DNA of 63,348 bases, filler included, from Sphacelaria rigidula (taxonomy: Eukaryota): the NCBI GenBank assembly GCA_964200075.2. It is 6 parts of 6 records of this genome, joined end to end, with 100 filler letters (N's around TTAATTAATTAA, not from the genome) between each part and the next. Parts side by side here need not be neighbours in the genome. Positions count along the whole stretch, not along the records: positions 52,876 to 63,348 come from CAXNAA020006436.1; 5 more parts are not named here. One strand, given 5' to 3'. This document shows positions 53,036 through 63,348 of the stretch, piece by piece (position 1 is the first letter of the stretch; each line of letters starts with the position of its first letter). The position numbers were made by a program, and so were the translations under genes. The notes beneath the pieces are model-generated. The model was not told where the DNA came from. It saw only the letters and a list, made by a program, of their open reading frames with translations, and made no database searches.

Positions 53036-55495
53036 GTGCCGCACTTGCCAATCATAGCCGAAACCACGGCTATGCCCTCCTCCCTTGGTGATGATACTGC
53101 AAACACCACCACAACACCCTCCATGCTAATCGACGCAGGAGTAGACGTTAACGTTCCGTCTGAGAGTACACCAACTGGTAGGCTCACCCTTAATTCCAAA
53201 ATCACCGCTTCGTGCCAACCCCGCCCCGAACCGACCCAACACGAAGTCGACGCTTCAATAGATCGCGTATTCGAGGAGCGTTTGACCCTCTTCTCCCACG
53301 CCGATTGGGCCCGGGAACAACAGGCAGAACCTGCTTGTAAATCAGATATCCATTATCTATCTATAGATTGCCCATGTCCATTCTCAGAAACCGAATTCCT
53401 TTTGCCAGTCGGGAATCTCAAAGCGCCCACACAGGATGAAGTTACTGAACTTTCATGGAAAGGTATGCTGCATACGGATGATGATGCTATAGTTCTGTTG
53501 GTTCGCCGGCCCCAAGCAGCCCTCCCCAGGGGAAAGCCTACAAGTCGACATGCCCGCTTGCTAGGTGATGAACTCATCCGCATCTATGTCCCGATGCTCC
53601 TGCGCCCATGGGTTCTACACGAATGCCATTCACAGGCATCGACTCATTCAGGCGCCATTAGGACCTCCCAGATGTTGGAACGATTTTATTGGTGGATTTT
53701 TATGGATCAGTGTTATCATTGGTGGTTGAGGCGTTCTCTTTTGTGTCAGGCGCGAAAAACGTCTCGTCAAACAGTTCGTTGGCCGATTGTTTCCATGCCA
53801 CTCCCAAACGGGCCTGGCGAAGTAGTTTCGTGGGGCTCTTTTGGTCCTTTACCCCTGACGGATAGTGGGAATAAGTATATTTTGTTGTTTACGGATAGAT
53901 TGAGTCGACATGCGGTGATGCATGCTGTCCCCGCCAGTAGCTATAACGCGGAAGGTACCGCCAACATTCTTGTTTACACGTACAACCCACAGTGGGGTGT
54001 GCCCAAATGCTTACTGTCTGACAACGACCCGCATTTTTCAGGCAAACGTTCAGCCGCCGTCAGTGATCTTTTGGGTGCCCATCGCATTTTTACTAGTTCA
54101 TATCACCCTTCCACTAACGGTGGAACGGAACGAGTGAGCCATACGATGGCACAGATGCTTGCTGCTGTTGCAAATGAGAGACAGATGGACTGAGACCTGC
54201 ACCTGCCCCTTATCCTAATGAACTACAACAATTCAGTCAATGCCGCTACGGGATTGTCGGCGAATGAAATGCATATTGGACGCATGCCTAGGTTACCTCT
54301 AACGGTATTCGAACGCCAAAATACAGGCGGACATCGAAGTCTGGATCGTGACGTTGTAGAGTATCATTTGTCAGTTAGCAATCGTCTTCGTCTTGCATAT
54401 GAAGTGGTACGACAACAGAACCAAATCAATTTGGCCAAGGTGGCCAGGGCGAGCTCGATGTTGGATGATGTGATGCATAACCGCCCGGTGTGGAAGGTAG
54501 GCCAATGGGCATGAGTGTATAACGATGTGAAGACCATCAATCAAGGGGCTAGCTCGAAATCATCATCTTTGGACAAAGTGTTGAAGGCGAAACTATCCTT
54601 GAATTGGACTGGTCCTTGGGAAAATTTAGCTGTTGGTCCAAGGGCTACCGCACCCGACAAGAGTCCGGTGGGAGCGAAACGTTTGTATTTAGATTTTCCC
54701 ACGGATAAACCTGGTTTGAAATCGAAAAATCGCGTCTCGATGCTACGATGCAAACCATGTATCCCCCCTCATGACTCCTCTGACATGCTCAAACAACTGC
54801 CGCTAGGGCTTAGCCAGTATGTGTTGACCAAGTATGCGATCAAAATTCCGCCGTATCATATGACGGTCGAGGATGCGGACGCACCCCTGGAACGCGTTGA
54901 GGTAGATAGGATTTCGGGCCATCACCTGGTTCGCGGTCGTGAAGGTAAGATAGCGGTAATGTATCAAACACATTGGAAGGGTATCATGCGTCTTACATGT
55001 GAGCGTGAAGTTGATTTGCGTCATTTTCGTCGGGAAATAACGCTGTACTGGGTAGGAGATACCGTCTAATGCCGCCCGTTGAATAAGAGACGTCGGTCGC
55101 TGCGCAAGAAGGGAGCTGAAGCTCGGGAACTGGCACGTAAACACTCAGCGCGGTTTGTTGTAACAGGTTGTAGCATCCTTTCGCGGTCACAATACATGTC
55201 TTTTCACGGACAATGCTTGCCGAAGGGGGCGTACTTCTGGTATCAGGCCTTGGATTCACTGTTGTGGTGGTTGGGTAAAATTCATTTGGTCGCTCCTGGA
55301 TCTGACCACTCCTACTTTATCCGTTTCCTCGATGACCCGAGCTCGCTTAAGATTTGCTTGGATGATGCCTACTTACTACATCGAGGTGCCGACCGCTCGG
55401 AGAGGATCCTGGTGCCTCCAACGACACGACCAAGGCGAACTCGACACAGCCGTTCTACGGAATACGGACACTGCTTGGGATGCGGATGACTCATG
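53036..55495 (+). pseudogene. Ty3/gypsy integrase relic (second lineage) with GPY/F, chromo-like and an extra C-terminal domain
   Basis: HECH..STHSG...LCQARK; FGPLP..GNKYILLFTD; LLSDND; SSYHPSTNGGTER; WTGPW; VDRISGH...MYQTHWKG. In-frame stops at 54191, 54512 and 55067. Confidence 0.9.
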
Positions 55496-55721
55496 ATGCC
55501 GCATCCGATTCTGCTTCCTCATTCACCTTGCGTAGTGTACCACGTTCCAGTCGCCTGTCTTGCCCCGTAGCGTCGTTGGAAAACCATGAGTTCCCCCCCC
55601 CCCCCCCCCTTCCATTTTGTTTTCGTAGTGATTGGCTCCGGTAGCAGGGGTTGTAATTTGTGTTTCGTATCTTGTTTTTGTACTTGGTATTTGGTATTTG
55701 GCTTCTTTTTGTTTTGCTTTG

Positions 55722-55969
55722 GACACTGATTTTGTTCGCCCCCCCCCCAACCGGCCGAAAACGTGCACAGAGGCAATGATCATAACTGCCGTTGAAGCTG
55801 GTTTCGTGCTGCACGACGCGATTGATTTGGGTGTTATAGCTGATTTTGGACTGCTACACGCCTCTCATGTGGGCGAAATTGCTGCAAACGAGCTCAATAG
55901 TGGGATCGCAGCCGGTTCGTTTGATGGTGCTGGTGCACTTTTTGTGGAGGGGCTATCTCGGCATTAGTC
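55722..55969. mobile_element. MITE family B variant
   Basis: Right end gggctatctcggcattagtc. Interior nearly collinear with 63213-63348 and shares ctcatgtgggcga.attg with the 24438 copy. Confidence 0.7.
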
Positions 55970-58203
55970 TCTCCCCTTTTTCTTTTGTTTTCCTCTCGCG
56001 TCGTGCTTTGTGTTCGATTTGTCCGGGGTTCAATGAGCAATTGTTTTGGTTATTCCTGGGTTCATCTGGCAAAGTACAAGTGAAGACCGTTTCATTCCTG
56101 ACCCCCGAGTCTGGAACCTTGAACCTCCGTCCTCCGCGCCGTACATCCACGACCATTCCGTATACGGTAACAGTTGCCGCGAGGTATTTATTTCTTCATT
56201 TTTTCCGTTGTAAGCACCATTGTCTTCTTTTGTGTAATATGTTGCTTTATATATATACATACATATTTGTCTTTTCGGTCGAAAGTTTTCGGAGCGAGCG
56301 CTAGAGATACCTGACCCCCCCGTCTGGGATAATTGCGCTGTCCCCCAATCGCTCTGTACACGCATGCCGCCTCCCTCTTCGGGATCGGTCGTGACGTGTC
56401 CCTTTGTTGTGTGCGTACGACGTTGAGTTTTATGTTAAAATAGACGATAGAAACCGAAGCCGAGTGCCTGAAATGTTTTGACCTTCTTGGCTGAAACTTT
56501 TGACCCTACTTGCTTCGTACACGCGATAACCGCTGCCGTTTAGAAGGACGGTTGCCACGTGTTGTTTTTCTGGTTTATGTTGCGGATATTTTGTTTTCGC
56601 TGTTGCCCAGCGTGCCCCTGGCTTTGTATTTATTTTGGTTTTGGTTTCTGTGTCTATGTCGGAAATTTCGACATGAGTGTTCCAACGTTCCTGACTCTCG
56701 AGTCTAGAACATATGGCCTACTCTATTTTGCGAGTCCTGCCGCATGTGTTCGACCTCGTTTATTAGAGGGTCACGGGTAATGCGACGCGATGATTTATTC
56801 TTTGGTGATTGGTAAGTTACAACGAGGTCACCACTGGCTGCGTCGTACATAGCGGTGTTGAAGAATTGCCATTGGAGTCACGGTGTAATCGCTTGCAAAC
56901 GTCTCCTCATTAAGGACCATTACGTATCATGATAAGGTAGAATTCTCTTCCGAAATTGTCCGTTCCGCCATGTCGATATTCGACCATCGGTACAGCCTAG
57001 AGGCTCAGAGTCCGCCACTCGCTATTTGTTTCGTCACTTTTACAAGTTTTTTGCTTACAATTACCCGCCCGCTGAAATAGGTTGGCGGTGTTTTGTGTTT
57101 ATCAGGGGTTATTGGACGAAGTAGCGTGACGGTACGACCGGCTGTGGTTTTTACTCCAGTTTGTGTTCGGGCCAGCCTCGTTTCAGTCCGAACCGGCAAA
57201 TACTGTGAGGAGTGGGCTGCGGTGGTCCTTTCTGCCCTGTGTATTTGTCATGGTTCAGAAATGTGTTGTGCGACCCGCCTTGGAAGTACGTAGTAGGCCC
57301 GAAGGTTGTGTATTGACTCCACTACATTTCTTTTGACGTGTACGGACACCTGACCTCATAAACTGGTCGGTTGTTTTCGTATCTCATCGTGTGAGATTAA
57401 ATAACAAACTGCTGTACGACTGGATCATCCCCCAGACATTTCAAGCAAGTCGTTGCTCTCACAAACATGTACCGACAACTTACTCACGTCAAACGGGTTG
57501 AATTGCCCGTATCATGCTATTTGGTTCTTTTTTCAACGTGTGAATTTCGCGGGAAACTATCTTTTTTCGAGACGAGATCGGCTATACGTTGTTGGCTTTT
57601 GCTGGTTGACTGGTACGAGTGATTAGCATGAACTTGGTTATCGGAGTGATATTATGCCTTGGCGGGCTTGCTTGTTTTTTCACCAGTGCCTAAAACAAAA
57701 CGGACATCCACAAAAGAGTGAACTATTATATTCATGATATAGTTATGGCAGGGTAGGGTGATCGTTTCGATGATGTGTCTCTGATTCCCTGTGGCTATCC
57801 CAGAAATGCTCCCGGCATTCTGAGGCGCTGCAACGTTTTTTTTGGTATATGATTCTGATTGTTCATTTTGAATTTTCTGTGATTTTTTTGGATAATCCCA
57901 TGGCTCCGTCTGAAATGCGAAACACGAGGACACTGAATACTTATATCGGTTTGATTTGTTTTCTCCTTGCTTTGTGTTTGTGTTTGTGTTTGTGTTTTCG
58001 TTGTTTCAACTGGTCAGAAAATATGGTGACAGAAGGGGCGACCCGGTATATATGCCTCCTGATACCTACTTGGCCACCGGTGCGGGGCCGCCCACCCCCT
58101 TCACAGCATGTAATTAATATATGTTGACTAAACATCACGATGACAAAAAACGCCGTCGATATGCGCCTTTTGGTACCCTTGTGGTCACCGGAGCTGTATT
58201 GCT

Positions 58204-59149
58204 TATTCCCTGGACAATACAGTATGTTCCACCATGATACCAATACTTTGTATTGGAGCCAGCGCGAATATTGTCCTTTTCATATGTACTGTTTTGAGAT
58301 GTCTTCGGAGACATTGAAGCAACAACATATATTGCTCGTGTCATGATCATGAAGTAATGAAAAACTATGTGTATTGGACATGCAGTCGCTCCGGGAATAA
58401 AGCATTCAATACATATTGTGCATGCCGGCCGTGTATGTATTGAAGTGTCAATATATATTGAGTCGAAGCAATGCATAGCATATTGTTACCATGATATATA
58501 TTGAACGCGCAAACCATGCAGAAGTATCGTTTTCCAATGTGTATTGCGCACGCTCATCGCATAGATATTGTGCAGCCAATATATATTGAACACGTTTGCG
58601 GAGGAATATATTGAGCGTTTTCGGCATGTGGCGATACATCTTTCAATGGCGCCCGCGAACATAGAGGTGTCCACCATACTAATTCCAATACACTTTATTG
58701 AAAATCAAATATATTGCTACACCAATATGTATCGTGACCATCGGTTCCCTCGTGCATTGTCCGCCCAACATACATTGGACGCATTGAAGCACGATATATT
58801 GGGGCGGCAATATATGTTGGTACTTTGGGTGTTGAGTATATTGAATCATCAATATATATTGACCTCGTGTGGCAGCCAGTATATTACTCGATATATATAT
58901 ATATATATTGGTGCCTTCTCGCACCAACATATTACTTGGCCAATACATCTTGAGGTGGCGTGTGTCGTGATAATATATTGTTCGGTCGATATATATTGCA
59001 TATCGCGAGCCTTGACACATTGATGACACAATATATATATTGACCCTCTCTCGTGCCATCATATTGCTCGCCCAGTATATATTAACCACCCGACGCGTCG
59101 ACATATTGAGCGGGTAGTATATATTTCATATTGTATTGTCCAGGGTGTG
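58204..59149. mobile_element. ~945-bp non-coding TIR element filled with CAAT(AT)nATTG palindromes
   Basis: Left end ccctggacaatacagtatg, right end catattgtattgtccagggtgtg. Dozens of caatatatattg variants lie between them. Confidence 0.75.
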
Positions 59150-60559
59150 CAAAATTGCCCGAGCGCCCACCACCCGAACGGTAACGGTGGCACCGACAGA
59201 GTTAATGACACTATGGCCCAGATGCTCTCTATGGTTGTCAATGAACGCCAAAATGACTGGGGCCCATATCTCTCGCACATCATATTGTCCTTGAACAACT
59301 CGGTTAACGCCACCGCAGGATTGTCTCCGAACGAACTCCATCTTGGACGTTACCCTCGGCTGCCCTACACCGTGTCTGAGCGAGACACGTTCGATGGCCA
59401 CCAAGGGTTGGATCAGAATCAGACATCCTACCACGAGCTAGCGCATGCACGACAACGCGAAGCGTTTACCCTTGTGCGCTTACAACACGCTATCAACGCC
59501 TCGCGCCTTTCGAGATCTAACACTGCTCTCTACAACCTAATGCACAAACGCCCCAACTGGAAAGTTGGTGATTGCGTTTTAAGGTACAACAGTATGTCGA
59601 CCACCCGCCACGGCACCAGCAAGGCAGCCAACGAAACAACTTTGAAGACAGAATTGTGCCTCAACTGCACAGGACCGTTCAAGATCCGGGCAGTCGGACC
59701 ATCGCCATCATCACCAGATGATAAACTCGTTGGTGACAAGCTGCTTTATCTCGACTTGCCTCGCGACTTCGCGGGAAAGGACACCAATCCCCGCGTCTCC
59801 GTCCATAGATGTAAACCCTGCATGAACCGGCATGATCCAAGCGACATACCTAAGTATCTGTCTGCCGGACTCACACAGTGTGTTCTCAACAGCTATTCGG
59901 CCAAGTCCCCGCCCTAACACGTTACCATCGGCCACGTGACGGAACAGTCCCTCCGAGTGACTGCGTCTTCCATTTCCGGCCACCAGATAAGCCGTGGTCA
60001 AGGTGACAAAATTACTGTCATGTATAAGACCCACTGGCACGGTCTCCGGAGAGCGTCTTGGGAACGCGAATCCGACCTTCAATTGCACCGCCGTGCAACT
60101 CTCCTGTGCTGAACGCAATCCTAAGATCAGTATCTTGCTCACAACAAGAAATATCGCAATATGCGTCGTGGCGCAGCAGCCTTCGAACTTCACCGCGATC
60201 CGGGACTACGCTTCGTCGCCGATGGTTACGAGCTTGTACCCACCAAGATTTGTAAGACGAAGTTCTTCGCAAACCAGCGAATGCTGCCCAACGGCAGCTA
60301 CCTTCGGTTAGAAGACAGCGACTACCTCTGGAAGTTGGGCCAGACCCACTCCGCTAACTTAGTTTCTGCCGACAAATACATCGCGCGCTTCATCGATGGC
60401 CCTGGACCCATACAGCTCAAGCTCCGGTCAGCACTATACACTACCAGCCCATCTGAACCACACGGATCCTTGTGCCTCCAGCGCCTTGAGTCCAAAGGAC
60501 TTCGCCGCGGTCTCCAGCGCAACATCGACCACACGCACGCAGTCTACTCCCCGCTTTGA
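59150..60559 (+). pseudogene. Ty3/gypsy integrase C-terminal relic, divergent homolog of 54085-55495
   Basis: SAHHPNGNGGTDRVNDTMAQML, NNSVNATAGLSPNELHLGR, CTGPFKI, RVSVHRCKPC, ISGHQISRG..VMYKTHWHG..SWERE, then the extra domain. Confidence 0.9.
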
Positions 60560-61333
60560 ACCACGCTCCTTCGCCGCAACTGTTGCCTCCCTTTCTGTAG
60601 AATTGTTTCCCTCCCTTCTTCACTAGAACCCTCTTCTACGACACACACAACAGGACCACCTACATCGGACGACGATTGAAGAATTACTGAGGACACCCAC
60701 CATCTACGATTGCTGGGGCTTTTGTATCCCCTTTCGGCTGGCGCTCGATCTCGTTGGATCACCGATTCTCAGATTTTGTTTCCGACCAACATGCGTGGTC
60801 GCATACTGATCTTGCAATTGTTTTCTCTTTGAATTCACCCAGGTTGAAGCTCTGCTCTCTGTTGTATTTCCCTTTTGTTTTTTTCCTCTTTGGATTACCC
60901 CAGATTGAAGCTCTGCTCCCTGTTGTACCTCTATGTTTTCCCCCTTCGTTCTTGCTAGGACGCCGAAGCAATTTGTGCTTCTTCGTTGATCGCTAGCACG
61001 TAGAAGCAGTTTATGTTTCCGCGTTTCGAAGTAGTTTTTCTGCTCCTCGAAGCAGTATATACTTCCCTTCTTTTGAGGTGTGGGAGTGGGTACGGGAGTA
61101 TTGGGTACGGGAGTGTTTCCTTACAACACCATGAGGATAAATATGTTGGGTACGGGAGCCGCTCACGACTTTAGGAGTGAAGAAAAACCTTTGTTTTCAC
61201 AGCTTTGACGATAAATTCTCGCAGCTGTAATAAAGGTTCGTGTGGGTGGGTCAGTGTCATGAGGATGCATACCAGCCTGTCACCATGCCGCCTCAGATCC
61301 ATTGATGAATCCGGCTATATATTTGCAATAGAG

Positions 61334-61582
61334 GACACTTCCTACGATAGCCCCCCCCCAAAAGTGCATGGTTTTGGGAGGCAAAATCTTCACGTAAATC
61401 AAAATGGGAAAAGCCAAGGGCAACAAGCAGCTGGGAATTCCCACGCTTGGGCTTGTTCTCGCCAATGTTGCCAATATATAAGGCGCTTCATGCCGCCTGA
61501 ACCCAAACATCAGGCGCCGTATGGCCATTGTTTCGTGACACTTTTGGGCTGGTTTTGAGGGGGGGCTATCGTAGAAAGTGTC
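61334..61582 (+). mobile_element. MITE family B copy
   Basis: gacacttcctacgatagccccc ... gggggctatcgtagaaagtgtc; interior collinear with 43906-44138; TSD not preserved. Confidence 0.85.
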
Positions 61583-62009
61583 AAGGGTATTCTTTGACCC
61601 CATACTGCAGGTCTGTTCAGAATTGGTCAGGTACGAGTGTGAATTTGTATATGGCAGAGACGATGATGGCTTGAGCATGCCTTTGGCAGGCAAGGGCCAC
61701 CCTCTGTCACTACCATCTACTGCCCCTCTCTCAGCAAGAAGTCTAACACTGGTGAAACTGATATACTGAGCGTGAGATTAGATTGATTGAGTGGATACTG
61801 GAAGGTCGGGACCAGGCCATAAAGAAGGAGATAAAACTTGCGCGTGAGATATTGGTATGTGTCGGACACGCCCTGTGTGAGACGGTGCCTTGTTGTTTGG
61901 CCTGGCCGTTCAGTCTTGAGGGCTGACCCCCTCGCCTTGCCTAGTGAGCCTGTGATTGCCATAACAGCACCGTGACCTCATTACATTTGTATACCAGAAT
62001 AGATTCTAG

Positions 62010-62407
62010 TACGTACCTATCGATATACAATGCCGCCCTCAACAGAACTTGTACGCACTCTGTCAATAGCCATCATCGTCATCAATAGATTTGGTATGCA
62101 ATCTGTCAATAGCTATCGCTGTCATAAGTATATTTGGCACGCTGTCTATCGATGGCCATTGCCGTCATCAATATGTTCGGAAAGCTAACGATTGATGTAT
62201 TCTTCCGGCAGCAATAGTTTTAGGTGTAGGGCCACAATAGAACGCTGCCCGGGCAGAAGTGTGGGAAGGGAGTCTACCGATAGACATTGCCAACGACAGT
62301 AAAAAAACAAGTTGTCAATCGATAGCCATTACGGACGACAATATTGGCATCTGTTGCGGCAGATTCTATTGCTAGTGCAATAAATGCCGTTTATTGTCCA
62401 GGGTGTG
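62010..62407. mobile_element. Right part of another ...TATTGTCCAGGGTGTG element with ~43-bp subterminal repeats
   Basis: ctgtcaatagccatc..cgtcatcaata..tttgg is repeated 3-4 times; ends ttattgtccagggtgtg. Confidence 0.6.
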
Positions 62408-63212
62408 AACATTAAGCTGCGAGTCTGCATAAAAACGCAGACGAGCTACATGGGCGGTTTGAACACGACCCAAAATAATGCTCTGAATCTCAAACGTGTG
62501 GAGGAGGTGAGCCCCAACCACTCTCCATGGACCAGTCCACGTCGCCATCAACTTGGGCGTAACGCCCGGACGACGCACGCGTGCATACAAGACATAGTCG
62601 CCTATCTCAAAATTCGGCAGTTCCAGCCCCGACGAGGACCCCTCACGTCTACGCGCACGTTCAGCGGCAGTACGTTCCTGCACTTGAACGTGGAAACGTT
62701 CTTGCAAGTACAAGACTCCTTGCAATGCACGCTTGCTTTTAACATCGTCAAAAACATCAAATTTCCATTCCCCCGCCGACGAAGACGCCAGCATCGAGAA
62801 TAACGTCCAAGGAGCACGATCAAACATCACGTGGTACGGCGTACTATCGTAACGACGATGATACGCTGTATTGAGCGCCCATTGCACCACAGGCAACACG
62901 TGCTCCCACTCGGAAACCGCTCTGCGCTGCTCGAGAAAAATAGAGCAAAGAGCATGAACTACTTCCTCGACCATGCGTTCGCACGTGCCGTTAGGCCACG
63001 GAGAATACGCCACCACATACTGGTGATCAAAACGCAATCCCTCTCGCAATCGGGCCAAGATCGCATTATTGGAATGCATGGCGGTATCACTCACCCACAC
63101 ACGCGGCACTCCAACGTTTTGCACCAATTCAACAAAGATGCAGCGGTCGATTCAGTAGTACACACTGCTACTGGTTCCAGAGACACGAGGTTGCTCAAAT
63201 CATCCATGATTA
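62408..63212 (-). pseudogene. Integrase fragment of the same chromovirus family as 42845-48883
   Basis: VPRVWVSDTAMH, YSPWPNGTCERMV, TWTGPWRVV, HVARLRFYADSQLNV; collinear with about 47495-48283. Confidence 0.92.
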
Positions 63213-63348
63213 GACTGCTGCCGAGATAGCCCCCCCCTCGAACCGGCCAAAAAAGTGCACGAAGGCGATGATCATAAATGCCGTTAGAGCTGGTTTCGTG
63301 CTGCACGACGCGACTCATTTGGGCACTGTAGGTGATTTCAGACTGCTA
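63213..63348. mobile_element. MITE family B variant inserted in the integrase, cut by window end
   Basis: Starts gactgctgccgagatagcccccc, the reverse complement of the 55969 end; collinear with 55740-55860. Confidence 0.75.

Noticed and set aside
53036..55495. RIP-like or methylation-driven mutation suggested by TGG-to-TGA and CGA-to-TGA stops
   Set aside because: Too few events, and ordinary transition bias explains them without a consensus-based count.
58204..59149. CRISPR-like reading of the palindrome-plus-spacer array
   Set aside because: The repeats are only about 10-14 bp and degenerate, spacing is irregular, there are no cas genes, the context is eukaryotic, and TIRs bound the array.

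Overview
This is eukaryotic nuclear DNA, most likely from a brown alga (inferred from intron-rich genes and stramenopile-type transposons). It is not one locus. Six contigs of 10477, 10477, 10474, 10474, 10473 and 10473 bp are joined in descending size order by 100-nt N spacers carrying a TTAATTAATTAA linker. Host genes reconstructed by hand from splice sites and reading phase: a RUS/DUF647-family gene (8 exons, minus strand) head-to-head with DPM1 (2 exons), a probable Mis12 kinetochore gene with one GC-AG intron, and two exons of an uncharacterised protein. Most other identifiable sequence is transposon-derived: an Ngaro-like tyrosine-recombinase retrotransposon with B1-A-B2 split direct repeats; a decayed Ty3/gypsy chromovirus plus a second fragment; two divergent gypsy integrase relics with a chromo-like domain followed by an extra, possibly Tudor-like domain; a mariner transposase relic; and several MITE families. 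The best candidates for something undescribed are the two-reader-domain integrase tail and the CACACCCTGGACAATA-ended element family with palindrome arrays. No rRNA, tRNA or CRISPR array was recognised. All family calls come from motif recognition by eye, with no database search.
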